From positions 177,049 to 241,048 of the forward strand of contig JAHLMP010000001.1 in assembly GCA_018920315.1 (NCBI GenBank): a DNA stretch of 64,000 bases. The letters run 5' to 3'. The stretch comes from Candidatus Aenigmatarchaeota archaeon. Its GTDB lineage: Archaea > Aenigmatarchaeota > Aenigmatarchaeia > GW2011-AR5 > JAHLMP01. Each line of letters opens with the position of its first letter. Position 1 is the first letter of the stretch. Both the position numbers and the translations under genes were made by a program. The notes beneath the pieces are model-generated. The model was not told the DNA's origin. It ran no database searches and saw only the letters and a list, made by a program, of their open reading frames with translations. Positions 38,193 through 47,672 of this stretch are shown one piece after another.

Positions 38193-38705
38193 TCATATTT
38201 CTTCCATTTCAGATTCTCTATAATTCTCTCTTTTTTTAATACATAATTGTAAAAATCTAAAAACATAAGAATGGCTATAACCTTCTATTATTTTTTCTAT
38301 TACATCTCTTGCAAAATTTAGACCATCACCTTTTCCTATCATAGAAACAGTTTTTCCATAAATGCATATCTTTGTGTTTGTCATTTCTTCTATTTTCTTT
38401 CTTACTTTCCCTTTAGTGCCTATTAGTCTTGCTCTTATCCTTTGCAAAGTATTTCTATTTTTAGATATAGGTATTACATAAAGTATATAATCTTTAAAAA
38501 GTTTTCTTGCATTTTCATAGCTAAAACCTCTTCCAATTGCTTTTATAACATTTGATGTAACATAAGTGTTGAATCCATCGCCCACAATTAATACTTCATT
38601 ATTTATTTTTATCTTTACATTACCTTCTTTCTCGATATCTTTTTTGAATTTCTTTACTGTGTTAACCCTCTCTTTTGGTATTCTTACTATTATTCTTTGG
38701 AGCAT
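38193..38705 (-). CDS. KH-domain RNA-binding protein (Dim2/Pno1-like)
   Basis: 170 aa with two KH-like modules (IGRGF...; LIGTKGKVRKKIEEMT). Confidence 0.6.
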   Translation of the reverse strand: MLQRIIVRIPKERVNTVKKFKKDIEKEGNVKIKINNEVLIVGDGFNTYVTSNVIKAIGRGFSYENARKLFKDYILYVIPISKNRNTLQRIRARLIGTKGKVRKKIEEMTNTKICIYGKTVSMIGKGDGLNFARDVIEKIIEGYSHSYVFRFLQLCIKKRENYRESEMEEI

Positions 38706-38786
38706 ATTGATTAAAATCTATTTAGAAATTTTTAAGTTTTGATATAGAAATATTTTAATAAGTAAAAATAATTTTTGGCTGGGAAC

Positions 38787-39119
38787 ATGATATTTGAACT
38801 CTTTGGAATATTGCTTATTGTGCTAGGTATCTTTGGTTTGCATCAAGCTATAGAAGGGGATAAGGGAGATAAAGAGACGCTTATACTTATTGTAATTTCT
38901 TTAATTATTCTTTTTGTTGGTGGTATGACATTTATAAGCAGAATAAGCTTTGAAATATTAATAAGAAGAATTTTAGGAATTTTTTGTATGCTATTTGGTA
39001 TTTTCCTTTTTGGAATATTTCCAGGCACGGGCTACACACATGCAGGATTTAAAAATGTAGGAATATTTTTTGGATTTCTTATTTTTGTTTTTGGAATTTA
39101 TCTTCTATTTTGTAGTTAA
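38787..39119 (+). CDS. Hypothetical small membrane protein
   Basis: About 110 aa with 4 predicted TM helices and no motif. The ORF track starts at 38775 on TTG. Confidence 0.35.
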   Translation: MIFELFGILLIVLGIFGLHQAIEGDKGDKETLILIVISLIILFVGGMTFISRISFEILIRRILGIFCMLFGIFLFGIFPGTGYTHAGFKNVGIFFGFLIFVFGIYLLFCS

Positions 39120-39196
39120 ATATAAAAAATATTTACTATAATTAAGTCTATTAAAAACCTTTCTTCATAAACAATTTTTCAATAAAGTACACCCTT

Positions 39197-39481
39197 CTAC
39201 TTTCTTTTTGTGACAGTTGGAAGAATTATTGGTGGAGGAAGTTGTAAATCTTCTGAAATGCTAATTATCTTTGTTAGACATCTTCTGAATATAGCATTTG
39301 TTATTTGAATCAAAATGTCTTCTGACAAAGATTTTTTCTTTTTCCATTCCTTTAAAATTTCCTCGCTATTTTCATATTTTGCTAATAGCTCTCCTTCTAT
39401 TCTTACATATCCTATATTTGGTTCATATTTTGTATTAAATTCAAATTCGATGCTTATAACATCTTCTCCAAACAAACTCAT
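39197..39481 (-). CDS. Hypothetical protein (start uncertain)
   Basis: 94 aa from the ATG. The same frame stays open and protein-like for 36 further codons upstream without an ATG, GTG or TTG (see findings). Confidence 0.4.
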   Translation of the reverse strand: MSLFGEDVISIEFEFNTKYEPNIGYVRIEGELLAKYENSEEILKEWKKKKSLSEDILIQITNAIFRRCLTKIISISEDLQLPPPIILPTVTKRK

Positions 39482-39690
39482 TTCTTTTTTCTCAACATTT
39501 TTTATTGTTGGTGTAGAACTTACAGATATCTCTTTAGCACTTTCTATCTTCTTGTTTTCTCCTTCTATTTTATTAAATCGTATTCCTATTATAATTCAAA
39601 TCACCACATCTTTTTAGTTATAAAATTTTAATCTTTGAACTTTTAATTTGAAATTATTTAAATATTATTTTACAAATAGTTAAAATTAAA

Positions 39691-40245
39691 ATGGTGATTG
39701 ATTTGAAAGTTTTGGTTCCTCTTGCAGAAGGATTCGAAGAGATAGAAGCTATTACAATAATAGATGTACTAAGAAGAGCGAAAATTGATGTCGTAACAGC
39801 ATTTCTTCAGTCAAATCTTGTTGAAGGTGCTCACAAAATTAAAGTGATAGCAGATAAGAGAATATCTGAAATAAATGAAGATGAATTTGATGCTATTGTG
39901 CTTCCTGGAGGAAATCCTGGATATATAAATTTATCTAACAGCAAAACAATAATAGAGCTGATTAAAAAATTCGATGAAAAAAATAAGATAATTGGAGCTA
40001 TATGTGGAGCTCCTTTAGTATTAGCTAAAGCTGGAGTAATAGAAAATAAAATAGCGACCTGTTATCCGGGATTAGAAAAAAATCTACCAAAACCAAAGGA
40101 AGGAAGAGTAGTAATAGATAAAAATATAATCACATCAAAAGGACCTGGCACTGCATTATTATTTGCAATAAAATTAGTTGAAATGTTGTTAGGAAAGAAA
40201 GAAGCGATGAGACTCAAAGAAGAGCTTGTAGTTAGTGATGTATAA
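39691..40245 (+). CDS. DJ-1/PfpI/ThiJ family protein
   Basis: 184 aa. The nucleophile elbow AICGAPLVLAKAG and LPGG are present. Confidence 0.85.
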   Translation: MVIDLKVLVPLAEGFEEIEAITIIDVLRRAKIDVVTAFLQSNLVEGAHKIKVIADKRISEINEDEFDAIVLPGGNPGYINLSNSKTIIELIKKFDEKNKIIGAICGAPLVLAKAGVIENKIATCYPGLEKNLPKPKEGRVVIDKNIITSKGPGTALLFAIKLVEMLLGKKEAMRLKEELVVSDV

Positions 40246-40466
40246 TGCTGGAGAATGAAGAGTATAAAGTACTGAAAAAGATAGCAGAAACACAAGTTAT
40301 AACAAAGTATGAATTGGCAAAAAATTTTAGCAATTTAAATCCTCATATAAACAAAATAATAGAAAAGTTACTTGAAAGGGGGTATATAGCAAGAGTTAGC
40401 TTTGGAACAAACTATTTGGTTATAACAAATTCTGGAATGAGAGCAATATGGGAGTATGAAAAATAG
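40245..40466 (+). CDS. Small winged-helix DNA-binding protein
   Basis: 73 aa with an HTH-like ITKYELAKNFS...KIIEKLLERGYIARV. Its start overlaps the DJ-1 stop (ATAATG). Confidence 0.5.
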   Translation: MLENEEYKVLKKIAETQVITKYELAKNFSNLNPHINKIIEKLLERGYIARVSFGTNYLVITNSGMRAIWEYEK

Positions 40467-40562
40467 TAAAGCATTTATACAATTCTTTAGAATTTGATAG
40501 TTTTAGATAATTTTATATTTAATAAAGTTAATAATAATGATTAAGTGAGTGAAGGTGAAATA

Positions 40563-41777
40563 ATGAGAAAGAATTTTTTTATCTTTTTGTTTGCAATGTT
40601 TTTTCTATCTTTTGCTTTCATCAAAATAGTAATTTCTCAATCTATTGATGAAAAGATAAAATGTGAAAAAAATGTAACTTTTGTAGGAGAAAATATAATA
40701 TGCGAAGCTAAAGAATGTAGAAAAGGTGTGTGGTTTATATCAAATAAGATAGGAGAACCGATAAAAAATATTGTAACAGTAGACATTCCTCCTAATAAAA
40801 TAGTACTGCCAACTACAGAAGAAGGGTTGGTTTCTTTAAATGTTATATGTTTCGAGCCCTCTGATTACTATGGAAAGGAAATACAAGTTATTAAGGGTGT
40901 AGACCTTCTTTGTAATAACTTTTGTAGAATTTTAAAACCATGCACATGTGTTGCGATTAACTGCACAAAAGGCGTTTTATCGATATCATCTTATAATGGA
41001 ACTCCTTTAGAGAAAGATATAACAAAATTGGTTTCAGTATCACCATTTGAATTTAACTTTAATGCTACTGGGACAGGAACTATATTAGCAAGATTAGATT
41101 GTTTTGAGCCAGTAATTCTGAGTAGAGCAAATAAAATAGAAATTGCTAAATCATGTATAGGAAATATATCATTAGAGTTAAGACCAGAATTATTAATCGA
41201 GTCTAACAAGACTTATACATTATCTTTAATGATTGCAAAACCTTCTGGAGTTGTAAATTGTGAAAATAAAACAATCTATATAAGAAGAGGTTCTTGTAAT
41301 GGTATAATTGAATGTAATACTACGCAAGATGTTCCTTGTACATTCTACACCCCAAGCGAACCAAGAACATATGAATATTATGCATGTATAGATAAAAATG
41401 ATGATAACGATTTCTTAGATGAAGGAGAAAGTTTTGGCGTAAACATTCAAGTTATAGAAAGGCCACAAGAAATTAAAATAGAAAATATTGAATGTACTAG
41501 CAATATATGCAAATTCAATATAACTAAAAACACGATAAACGAAAGTTTAACTATTATAATATATCTCTTTGAAGAGCCCAGTGGAAAAATATACTTCTCC
41601 TCTTTATTAAGTTTAGACAAATTTTCAATTGGTGAGAAAAGAGTCTTTTTATCTCCACCGCCAGAGGTTGCTAATTGTTCAAGAGGAACTCAATTAACAG
41701 CCTTGTTTCATGTATATAAAAGCGAGAAGTTTGGTGAAAGAATTTTTAGAACTAAGAAAAGTGCATTTATCTGCTAA
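40563..41777 (+). CDS. Cys-rich secreted protein with internal repeated modules
   Basis: Signal-like N-terminus and more than 20 Cys by eye. Two modules share C-x3-C-x-KGV-x2-IS...G-x-P...CFEP. A GGTGA lies upstream of the ATG at 40563. The ORF track starts at 40545 on GTG. Confidence 0.55.
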   Translation: MRKNFFIFLFAMFFLSFAFIKIVISQSIDEKIKCEKNVTFVGENIICEAKECRKGVWFISNKIGEPIKNIVTVDIPPNKIVLPTTEEGLVSLNVICFEPSDYYGKEIQVIKGVDLLCNNFCRILKPCTCVAINCTKGVLSISSYNGTPLEKDITKLVSVSPFEFNFNATGTGTILARLDCFEPVILSRANKIEIAKSCIGNISLELRPELLIESNKTYTLSLMIAKPSGVVNCENKTIYIRRGSCNGIIECNTTQDVPCTFYTPSEPRTYEYYACIDKNDDNDFLDEGESFGVNIQVIERPQEIKIENIECTSNICKFNITKNTINESLTIIIYLFEEPSGKIYFSSLLSLDKFSIGEKRVFLSPPPEVANCSRGTQLTALFHVYKSEKFGERIFRTKKSAFIC

Positions 41778-41796
41778 TTAAATATCTCGTGATATT

Positions 41797-42225
41797 ATGG
41801 CTCAATTAGCACTTGAATATATAGTAAGAATTCTAATCTTAGCTGTTGTTGCAGCAATAATAATTTTGACAATTATAAACTTTTATGATGATATAAAGAT
41901 CGCGATAAGCAATTGGCTATTTCCAAAAAAAGATAAAATAGAGTTCCCTAAAACTATAACAAAAGATAGCTTTTCTTCAGCAGAGATAGCTAATTATATT
42001 GTTAGTTGCTATTCTGCTATGATTTCTATTCCAGAAACTGAGCAAAAGGATATGGTTTGCTATGTGTTATTATCGAGAAGTGGATTTTCCGCATCTTCTA
42101 CAGAAATTTTAGCATCTATTCCAGCGGATATTAAACAGAATGTAGAGATTCGCGCAAGTTTTACAAAAGATTATGTTAAGATTGAATTTAGAGATATTAA
42201 CAATAAGATATTAGTAACAGAATAA
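41797..42225 (+). CDS. Type IV pilin-like protein (class III signal peptide, DUF361-like QxxxE)
   Basis: The N-terminus MA-QLALEYIVRILILAVVAAIIILTII has Gln at +1 and Glu at +5, followed by a hydrophobic helix. This is the archaeal pilin/archaellin-type signal, with an unusually short leader. Confidence 0.45.
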   Translation: MAQLALEYIVRILILAVVAAIIILTIINFYDDIKIAISNWLFPKKDKIEFPKTITKDSFSSAEIANYIVSCYSAMISIPETEQKDMVCYVLLSRSGFSASSTEILASIPADIKQNVEIRASFTKDYVKIEFRDINNKILVTE

Positions 42226-42308
42226 CTGATTATATTTTAAGATGTAAAAATATATAATCTATACTGATAGAAAATACAAATAATTTGAATTTCTAAGTTC
42301 TAAATCCA

Positions 42309-43676
42309 CTAAAATCTAACATTAACATTTCCGGCTCTTTTTGTAAATGTTTTATTTGCTATTGAATATGCAACTTCTGCGCCTGGCAAAGATAACTCGC
42401 CTTCAACCTTTATTATTTCTTGCACTTTATAGCTTATTATCCTTTCTTCTCCTTTCTTCAATTTTCCAAGTTTCCATTTCAATTCGTAATATTTTTCACT
42501 GCTCTTTATTAGTGGTTTTGGACCAAGGACTTGCTTTATCTTAAATAAAATAGGTATACGATCTATTATAACAACTTTTTCCACGTCTTTACCAGTATTA
42601 TTCTTTACCTCTATTGCTATATCTATTAAATTATCTTTCTTTTTCAAAATCGTTTTTCTTATAACAATACTTCTTAGCTTATAGAAATAATAACAAGTGG
42701 CTAACAAAATTAAAATTATAACTATTAAAATATAGGTATAATCTACTTCGTATTCTATAATTACCTCTTCTCCAACCTTTATAGCTGAAAATGTCCAGAC
42801 AGCGGTATTGTTGTAAAATTCTGGTTTGGGTCCGTAGAGATGTTTATAGGATAATGTGCTAATAGGATGAAAATTTATTGAGAAACTTTCATTATAAGCT
42901 ATTGCGTTTCCAACATTTTTTATATTTATTGTAATTCTCTTGCCGAATAAAAAGTTCTTTGTTTCAATAGTCTTTTCTATCTTTGGTTGTGCTTCAATGA
43001 AAAACTCTTCCACTCTTTTTTCAATAACATTTCCTTTTTGAAACAATAAAACTTCAAGATAGTATTTTCCTGAAGGCAGATTTTCTTTTATTTTTATTCT
43101 TTTCTCGATTTTCTTAGTTTCGTTGATTTTAATGTCAATGGTATCATAAAATTCATCGATCACATTCATCTGCGAGGAAATTATTCTTGAATGGACTAAA
43201 ATATTTTCAACATCCTTAATTCCAGGGTTAAAAATATTTATATTTACATACAAATTACCTCCTGCCTTAAACTCGCCGGAGATAGAAACTTCTTTTATTA
43301 ATAAGTTCATTTCCTTTAGTAATGTAATAAAAAGAGTTTTTTCTTTAGATTCTCCTGTTTTGAATGAAGAGAATAATAATGTTACTTTATATGTACCGGG
43401 CGTGCTATCTGAAAAAGGAGAAAGAATGAACTTTATCGTTTTATTCTCATTTGCCTTTATAGGTCCAATATCTTCTATTGTCATCCATGTAGTAAGACCT
43501 TTTGGATATACTATTATTCTATCGTCTATCTCGCTTCTTATATTAATGAAAATCTCCTTAAGCTCTCCTGTATTTAAATTAATTTTATCTTCTGAAACAC
43601 CTACTTCAAAAGCTCTTGACAATTCGATGAAATTTATCACTAATACTAAAAACAAGAAAGTTAAAACTTTTCTCAT
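42309..43676 (-). CDS. Surface protein with repeated beta-rich (CARDB / S-layer-domain-like) modules and a TM helix
   Basis: 455 aa with an N-terminal signal and repeated modules of about 100 aa. A TM helix (YILIVIILILLATCYYFY) lies about two thirds along. The family assignment is tentative. Confidence 0.45.
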   Translation of the reverse strand: MRKVLTFLFLVLVINFIELSRAFEVGVSEDKINLNTGELKEIFINIRSEIDDRIIVYPKGLTTWMTIEDIGPIKANENKTIKFILSPFSDSTPGTYKVTLLFSSFKTGESKEKTLFITLLKEMNLLIKEVSISGEFKAGGNLYVNINIFNPGIKDVENILVHSRIISSQMNVIDEFYDTIDIKINETKKIEKRIKIKENLPSGKYYLEVLLFQKGNVIEKRVEEFFIEAQPKIEKTIETKNFLFGKRITINIKNVGNAIAYNESFSINFHPISTLSYKHLYGPKPEFYNNTAVWTFSAIKVGEEVIIEYEVDYTYILIVIILILLATCYYFYKLRSIVIRKTILKKKDNLIDIAIEVKNNTGKDVEKVVIIDRIPILFKIKQVLGPKPLIKSSEKYYELKWKLGKLKKGEERIISYKVQEIIKVEGELSLPGAEVAYSIANKTFTKRAGNVNVRF

Positions 43677-43741
43677 GAATTTATATTTATTTGCTTTTGT
43701 TTTTAAATTTATTTATACCATGATAGACTCAAGAAAATCAT

Positions 43742-43882
43742 GCGGGGGTAGCCAAGTGGTCAAAGGCGCAGGGTTGAGGTAAATTTGCAGAAGCCCTGTC
43801 CCTTAGTGGGTTCGTGAGTTCGAATTTTGCTCAAAATATCGTGAAAATAAGTAAAAAAGCGACGAAAATCTCACCCCCCGCA
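43742..43882 (+). tRNA. tRNA-Leu (anticodon GAG) with a 13-nt anticodon-loop intron and a 44-nt T-loop intron
   Basis: Acceptor GCGGGGG/CCCCCGC plus A73. Anticodon stem CAGGG/CCCTG with loop TTGAGG^[43780-43792]^G. A long variable arm (TCCCTTAGTGGGT) is present. T-stem GTGAG/CTCAC. Removing 43825-43868 restores TTCGAAT. Confidence 0.9.
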
Positions 43883-44099
43883 TAAGGGTATTTTCCTACG
43901 ATATTTTCGTATAATTTGTATGGAAAAATTTAACATTGTTTACTTGCCATTCCTCCTCCCTTTAAAAAGTAGAATGTTTTTGAAAATAAAAATTATTGCT
44001 GATAAGAAGTAATTAGATTTTATTTATGCGTATGCTATTACTTATTATTCTATCAAAATTTTTTATTTTCTTTAGTTTTATTGAGTTGAGAATTTTTGA

Positions 44100-44309
44100 T
44101 TATCTCTCGCTCTTTTTCGCAAGCCTTACATACTTTTTATTACCTTCCCTTCTGCACTTAACAGCCCCCCATTTTTCTAGCTTATTTACCCAAACATTAA
44201 CATTATTTACTTTAACTTTTAATTTATCTGCCAACTCCTCAAGTAAGAATTCTTTTTTCGGATATTTTTTTAATATCTTAAGTACGTCTTCTTGGCCCAC
44301 CTCAATCAC
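44100..44309 (-). CDS. Small winged-helix DNA-binding protein
   Basis: 69 aa. EDVLKILKKYPKKEFLLEELADKLKV...GAVKCRREGNKKYVRL is wHTH-like. Confidence 0.5.
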   Translation of the reverse strand: MIEVGQEDVLKILKKYPKKEFLLEELADKLKVKVNNVNVWVNKLEKWGAVKCRREGNKKYVRLAKKSER

Positions 44310-44381
44310 CGAATTAATCTTTCATTCTACCATCTAATTATTATATAGTATTATGAATTTAAATAAAAAAATAAACTGCTA

Positions 44382-44996
44382 TTAACTACTTGCTATTAAT
44401 AATTTGTTATTGACCTTTATTTGATTGCAAACTCCTTCTATTTTTATTGTTCCATTATATGTTAGATTTGCAAACGCGTTTAATATTTCTAGTGTAGCAT
44501 TTTCTATGTTAAGCTCTATGTTTGGTATTTTTATTCTTCCGCTTGTGTTTTCAAATTTAATATAATCTATTTTAAAATTGTTGAGTGAAATTTGCTCAAA
44601 GGTATTATTCAAAATTTTGATTTCTTTTCCTGTTATATTAATTTTGTTTATATTTGCTTTTGAAAATCTTCCAATTAAAGAAAATTGGCTCTCTTTCTTT
44701 TGAATGCTGCCTGAAAAATTAAATATTGTACTCTCTTCAGAAATTGTATCTAATAGAATTTCTCCAACAACTATAGAATAGTTACTGCTAGACTTTAGTA
44801 TTATCTCTTCTATTTCTGATTTTAATAAAAATTCTTTTACTTCTATTTCTATATGAAAATTAGATTGTTTTTGCGAGGAAGAAATATTTAAAAATGAAAA
44901 GAAATCTAAAGGAAAGGTCTTTGCAGAGAAGAGTATATAACCGATCAAGGAGAGTAATAAAATAAAAATTATCGCTGTTAAAATAATTCTCGGCAT
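44382..44996 (-). CDS. Hypothetical membrane-anchored protein
   Basis: 204 aa with one N-terminal TM helix and an Asn/Ile/Ser-rich ectodomain. Confidence 0.4.
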   Translation of the reverse strand: MPRIILTAIIFILLLSLIGYILFSAKTFPLDFFSFLNISSSQKQSNFHIEIEVKEFLLKSEIEEIILKSSSNYSIVVGEILLDTISEESTIFNFSGSIQKKESQFSLIGRFSKANINKINITGKEIKILNNTFEQISLNNFKIDYIKFENTSGRIKIPNIELNIENATLEILNAFANLTYNGTIKIEGVCNQIKVNNKLLIASS

Positions 44997-45157
44997 ACTA
45001 GTTAATTTACATTTAAATATTTAATAGCTAATAGTTACATAATTTTTGGATTCACTAAGAAATAAAATTAGAAAACATTTTATTTAATTTATTGGTGATT
45101 TCACTTACAAATTTTAAAATGATATAAAATGAATATTGTGATAATGGTGTTTGATTA

Positions 45158-46327
45158 ATGTTGCTCCAAATTGATATATTAAATATTGTATGGTATGTAA
45201 TTTTTTTCTTATTAATCTTTCTTTATCCAAGGATTATGCTAACACAAATGATAACGAAACTAGAAGAGTCTGCAAATAGAATTGAAGGATTTTCTGCAAA
45301 GTCTAGACAATTCATAATAAAAAAAATAGGAAAAGATTCAAAAAAGGTTGAAGAAAAAATAAAAAGATTTCAGGAATTCTTTGCAATAGAACCTTCATCT
45401 TTGGATCCTTTTGGAATAGTTAAAAAGCTGGATCAACTATCTAGAAATGTAGAATCTAGATTTGATGAATTTGTTGACGAAATAGCTAAAGAAAAGTTGA
45501 AAAAGGAAAAGCAAATGATAAATTTTGGTCTAAGAGCTGCTATAAGTGTTAATGTAATAGCAAAATTAGTAAGACATTATGTTGAGATGGTAAAGAAATA
45601 TAAAAACCTCCAAATAGCATTGATTCTACAAATGCAGCTTCCAATGATAGAGGAAATTGCAAAAAGTGAGCTTAGAGGCACCGAAGCATTTATAAACTGC
45701 TATCCTATAGGCGATTCGATTGGCCCTCTGGTTGCTGCATCTATGATGAAAAAGAGTAAATACTTGACAAAGGAAATTGTGTATGATAGAAGAAAGATAT
45801 TTGAAAAAGAAGTCTTTATAGTAAAGGCTTCTGGTCCAGAGCCAAGATTAGGAAGAGTAGACGAAGCTATTCTAAAGATTATAAAAAGAAGAAAAATTGC
45901 AAAGGTTATAACAATAGATGCAGGAAGTAAATTTGAAGGAGAAAAAACTGGAAGTATAAGTGAAGGCATTGGTTTTGCAATGGGCGGCAGTTTTGAAAGA
46001 GAAATAATAGAAAATATTTTGTTACCAAGAAAAATACCACTAGAATCTATTATAGTAAAGGTTGGATTTGAAGAAGCAATAATGCCAATGAAAAAGGAAA
46101 TAATGAAAAGTGTTCCGCTTGTAATAGAAGCCGTTGAGGATGCGATAAAACGAACAAAAGAAAAAGGAAGTATTTTAGTTATAGGTGTAGGAAACTCTTG
46201 CGGCATTGGAAATAGCCAAAAAGAAATTAAAGAAATTGAAAAGAAAATAAATGAAATTGAAAAGAAGTATTATGTTAAGAAGAAAAAAAGAAAGGGTTTT
46301 CTAGAAAAGCTCGGGATTAAAATTTAG
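45158..46327 (+). CDS. Conserved archaeal membrane protein, DUF1512-like
   Basis: 389 aa with an N-terminal TM, a long helical region and then a globular C-terminal part (VIGVGNSCGIG). The resemblance to DUF1512 comes from memory of the family architecture, not from a search. Confidence 0.4.
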   Translation: MLLQIDILNIVWYVIFFLLIFLYPRIMLTQMITKLEESANRIEGFSAKSRQFIIKKIGKDSKKVEEKIKRFQEFFAIEPSSLDPFGIVKKLDQLSRNVESRFDEFVDEIAKEKLKKEKQMINFGLRAAISVNVIAKLVRHYVEMVKKYKNLQIALILQMQLPMIEEIAKSELRGTEAFINCYPIGDSIGPLVAASMMKKSKYLTKEIVYDRRKIFEKEVFIVKASGPEPRLGRVDEAILKIIKRRKIAKVITIDAGSKFEGEKTGSISEGIGFAMGGSFEREIIENILLPRKIPLESIIVKVGFEEAIMPMKKEIMKSVPLVIEAVEDAIKRTKEKGSILVIGVGNSCGIGNSQKEIKEIEKKINEIEKKYYVKKKKRKGFLEKLGIKI

Positions 46328-46398
46328 AATTAAAATTTAGTAAAATTTTCCGAAACTAGATTTCTATAATTTAAAAATACTTGAGAATAATTAATTTT

Positions 46399-46968
46399 AT
46401 GCAGCTCCCGCCAATAGAGGATTTGGTTTGGGCTTTTTTTAAAGTGCCTCAATATGTAAGAACAGGAGTTTTTCTTAACGATCTTATAAACTTTATAATA
46501 CTACCAAGTGCTGTACTTATAATCTTCCTTATTTCAGCAGCCCACGTATTTATTCCTGGAATTCTAAGAGAAAGGTGGAAAACTTTTATAGCATTAGTTT
46601 TTTATATGGTAATTGTTTCCCAAGGTATTTATGCTTATTTCGCAATTTTCTTTCAAGGATATGTGATGATATTTATCATCTTTGCTTTTATATTCTTCGC
46701 GATCACAAGATTTATTCCTATGAAGTATTGGGAGGCTGGAGCAAAAGTTGCAGCTAAATACGGAGAAAAGAGCCAAGACATAAAGAGATTGCAACAAGAG
46801 CTAGAAATAAAAATGAGAGAAAGGGAAAGAGTTCAGGGTTATCTTAACCAAGCCATAGCTGATGGGAGAAGAAGAGATGTTCAGATGTGGCAAATCCAAT
46901 TAAATGAAATAGAAAGGGAAATAGATAGACTAAAAATAAGAATTGAAGAATTGAAGAAGATGCCATAA
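46399..46968 (+). CDS. Hypothetical polytopic membrane protein with a C-terminal coiled coil
   Basis: 3-4 TM helices followed by KRLQQELEIKMRERERV...LNEIEREIDRLKIRIEELKK. The ORF track starts at 46381 on TTG. Confidence 0.4.
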   Translation: MQLPPIEDLVWAFFKVPQYVRTGVFLNDLINFIILPSAVLIIFLISAAHVFIPGILRERWKTFIALVFYMVIVSQGIYAYFAIFFQGYVMIFIIFAFIFFAITRFIPMKYWEAGAKVAAKYGEKSQDIKRLQQELEIKMRERERVQGYLNQAIADGRRRDVQMWQIQLNEIEREIDRLKIRIEELKKMP

Positions 46969-47091
46969 TATTTTTTCAATTTAATTAAAACTATATGAAG
47001 TATTAGCTTTAACTTATTAAATTTTTCTATTATCAAACATATATTTTTAACTACCGAAAAGTAAATAAATATATAAAGATATATTAAAAAT

Positions 47092-47592
47092 ATGCCTAAC
47101 GGACAAAAAGGTGTAATATTGGATATTGGAGCTCTGCTAACTCAGTATTTACAACAGCGAGCAACGAATATTGAAGAGCTCCAAAAGGTTTCAACAGATC
47201 CTACGAAGATAGTAGATTATATTTTCTATGGTACTTTAGAAAAAGATCCGACAACAAACCAAATTAGACGCCGTGGTGGATTGCTTAATATTAGTGACGA
47301 TCCATCTGGAAATCCTTTAAGTGGAAATGATATTTTTAGTCCAATAGATCCATCTACAATGACAATGAGTGTGCCTATTGGCTACTTGATTGGAGTTGCG
47401 AATGAAAGAATGACAGAAGCAGATTACTATGGAGCTGCAATAGAAATTGGTGCTATCAAAGATTTGTCTCGACCACTATCAGATTTCATTTACGCTTTCG
47501 CTCTTACGAATATGTTGAGCGAGGAGCAACAAACGCCAAGGCCTACAGAAAGAAGAGACGATCGCTTTTCATTTTCTTATCCTTATTTTTAA
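47092..47592 (+). CDS. Hypothetical soluble protein with atypical composition
   Basis: 166 aa, rich in G, P, T, Q and D and poor in K compared with its neighbours. I recognise no motif. Confidence 0.4.
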   Translation: MPNGQKGVILDIGALLTQYLQQRATNIEELQKVSTDPTKIVDYIFYGTLEKDPTTNQIRRRGGLLNISDDPSGNPLSGNDIFSPIDPSTMTMSVPIGYLIGVANERMTEADYYGAAIEIGAIKDLSRPLSDFIYAFALTNMLSEEQQTPRPTERRDDRFSFSYPYF

Positions 47593-47672
47593 TTTTTAAA
47601 TAAAAGCTTAAGCAATGAAAAAAGGTTTTAAAGCTTGCTAAAAAAACTAAAGAAAAATAATTAGCCAAAATG

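Noticed and set aside
43838-43910. A 10-nt inverted match between the tRNA-Leu T-loop intron (aaaatatcgt) and the 3' flank (acgatatttt).
   Set aside because: It is short and AT-rich, it is not positioned to form part of the BHB, and it is easily explained by chance.
43925-43965. A minus-strand GGAGGA followed by ATG in the spacer after tRNA-Leu.
   Set aside because: The ORF is only 6 codons (MASKQC-stop) and the SD-to-ATG spacing is too short.
45700-46206. A 168-aa minus-strand ORF.
   Set aside because: It is entirely antisense to the DUF1512-like CDS. It has low complexity and no start context.
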